From Bacillota bacterium (lineage in GTDB: Bacteria; Bacillota; Clostridia; Oscillospirales; Acutalibacteraceae): DNA of 64,000 bases. The stretch covers positions 39,963 through 103,962 of the forward strand of contig JAETSA010000001.1 of assembly GCA_021769885.1 (NCBI GenBank), given 5' to 3'. Numbering within the stretch: the first letter of the stretch is position 1; each line of letters starts with the position of its first letter. Positions 63,366-64,000 of this stretch are shown here, in pieces. Both the position numbers and the translations under genes were made by a program. The notes beneath the pieces were generated by a model, which made no database searches, was not told the origin of the DNA, and saw only the letters and a program-made list of their open reading frames with translations.

Positions 63366-64000
63366 ATGGAAAAGGCAGTCATTTGGGGTACGATAGCGGT
63401 TTACATACTTGCTTTGGTTGTGATCGGCATCGTAACGGGAAAAAAATCAAAAAGTGTTGCTGACTTTACGGTTGGTGGCCGTAATGCGGGGGCTTGGCTT
63501 TCCGCACTATCCTATGGCACGGCGTATTTTTCGGCGGTTATGTTCGTTGGATATGCAGGCAAAACAGGACTCGGCTTTGGACTTTGGGGTGTATTGGCAG
63601 GCATCGGCAACGCCGTTTTCGGTTCGTTGCTTGCGTGGGCTGTACTTGCACGAAAAACACGCGATGTTTCTGACCGATTGAAGTTAAAAACCATGCCGGA
63701 GTTTTTCGAGAAACGCTACAACAGCACGGCGATGCGCGTTTTTTCTGCGGCGGTTATATTTATATTCCTTGTGCCGTATTCCGCATCCGTGTACAGCGGA
63801 CTTGCGAGTGTTGCGGACGTATTGCTCGGCATCAACGATACCGTATTCTTAATTATTATTGCCGTACTCGCCATTTTGCTTGTCACATTCGGTGGCTATC
63901 TTGTGCAGGCGCGCGCGGATTTTGTGCAGGGCATTGTAATGATGGTCGGTGTGGTACTGTTGCTTGTATTTGTTGTACGCTGTGATAAGGTCGGCGGTGT
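63366..64000 (+). CDS. Sodium:solute symporter family (SSF) transporter, 3' end beyond the window
   Basis: Absent from the ORF track because it has no stop in the window. ATG at 63366 behind GGGAGG. My translation is open to 64000. The N-terminus has KSVADFTVGGRNAGAWLSALSYGTAYFSAVMFVGYAG and multiple TM helices, which is typical of SSF (PutP/PanF-like) transporters. Confidence 0.75.
   Translation, partial: MEKAVIWGTIAVYILALVVIGIVTGKKSKSVADFTVGGRNAGAWLSALSYGTAYFSAVMFVGYAGKTGLGFGLWGVLAGIGNAVFGSLLAWAVLARKTRDVSDRLKLKTMPEFFEKRYNSTAMRVFSAAVIFIFLVPYSASVYSGLASVADVLLGINDTVFLIIIAVLAILLVTFGGYLVQARADFVQGIVMMVGVVLLLVFVVRCDKVGG

Noticed and set aside
1-64000. A scan for CRISPR arrays, IS elements or transposases, integrases, prophage genes, toxin-antitoxin pairs and known defence-system genes.
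   Set aside because: I recognised no repeat-spacer periodicity and no transposase, integrase or recombinase motifs. The single tRNA gene has no flanking direct repeats or att-like duplication that I could see.

Overview
This 64 kb window looks like chromosomal DNA from a spore-forming Clostridia-type Firmicute. The evidence is a spoIIGA-sigE pair, Gram-positive RBS and promoter signals, lipobox lipoproteins and clostridial-type glp/DUF1667 clusters. I found no CRISPR array, transposase, integrase or phage genes. Coding density is high, with about 50 genes.

Gene content in order:
- 1-4.6 kb: a partial membrane-anchored GH18 gene, tRNA-Gly(UCC) and a GH63/MGH1-like six-hairpin glycosidase.
- 4.6-15.8 kb: a small membrane-anchored protein on the minus strand, then a class A PBP followed with no regulatory gap by pyrC-pyrF-carA*-carB*-pyrK-pyrD-ruvX.
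- 15.9-19.5 kb: spoIIGA-sigE, then an MBOAT O-acyltransferase with a truncated partner gene.
- 19.5-22.5 kb: a GlpA-like / flavoprotein / DUF1667 trio.
- 22.6-29.9 kb: a C39-like peptidase, a PadR-plus-membrane-protein pair, a secreted LCAT-like lipase, a GH29 fucosidase and a TtcA-like gene.
- 30.2-37.8 kb: rplM-rpsI, an alpha-galactosidase, phosphoglucomutase, a NifU-like protein and a GH38 alpha-mannosidase.
- 38.1-43.7 kb: xpt plus a BMP-family nucleoside ABC transporter.
- 43.9-51.3 kb: a TetR-flanked five-gene operon holding a second, diverged GlpA/flavoprotein/DUF1667 trio, an FGGY kinase and an AGPS/GlcD-like FAD oxidase.
- 51.5-60.5 kb: two paralogous GPH/MFS transporters, each with a ~330 aa charged repeat-containing C-terminal domain, flanking a BspA-type LRR lipoprotein. 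An AraC regulator and a DUF4091/GH123-like gene follow.
- 60.6-64 kb: typA, an amidohydrolase and a partial sodium:solute symporter.

The most unusual observations:
1. The carA/carB pair inside the pyr operon appears catalytically dead. The glutaminase Cys-His-Glu triad is replaced. Both ATP-grasp metal-ligand motifs are replaced. One ATP-binding subdomain is deleted.
2. The two transporter-plus-charged-tail fusion paralogs do not match any transporter architecture I know.
3. A TetR-controlled kinase plus three-flavoprotein operon includes a BON-like domain fused to the GlpA-like dehydrogenase.
4. A perfect 22 bp tandem repeat abuts the -35 element of the AraC regulator promoter.

All family calls come from motif recognition by eye. 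No database search was run.
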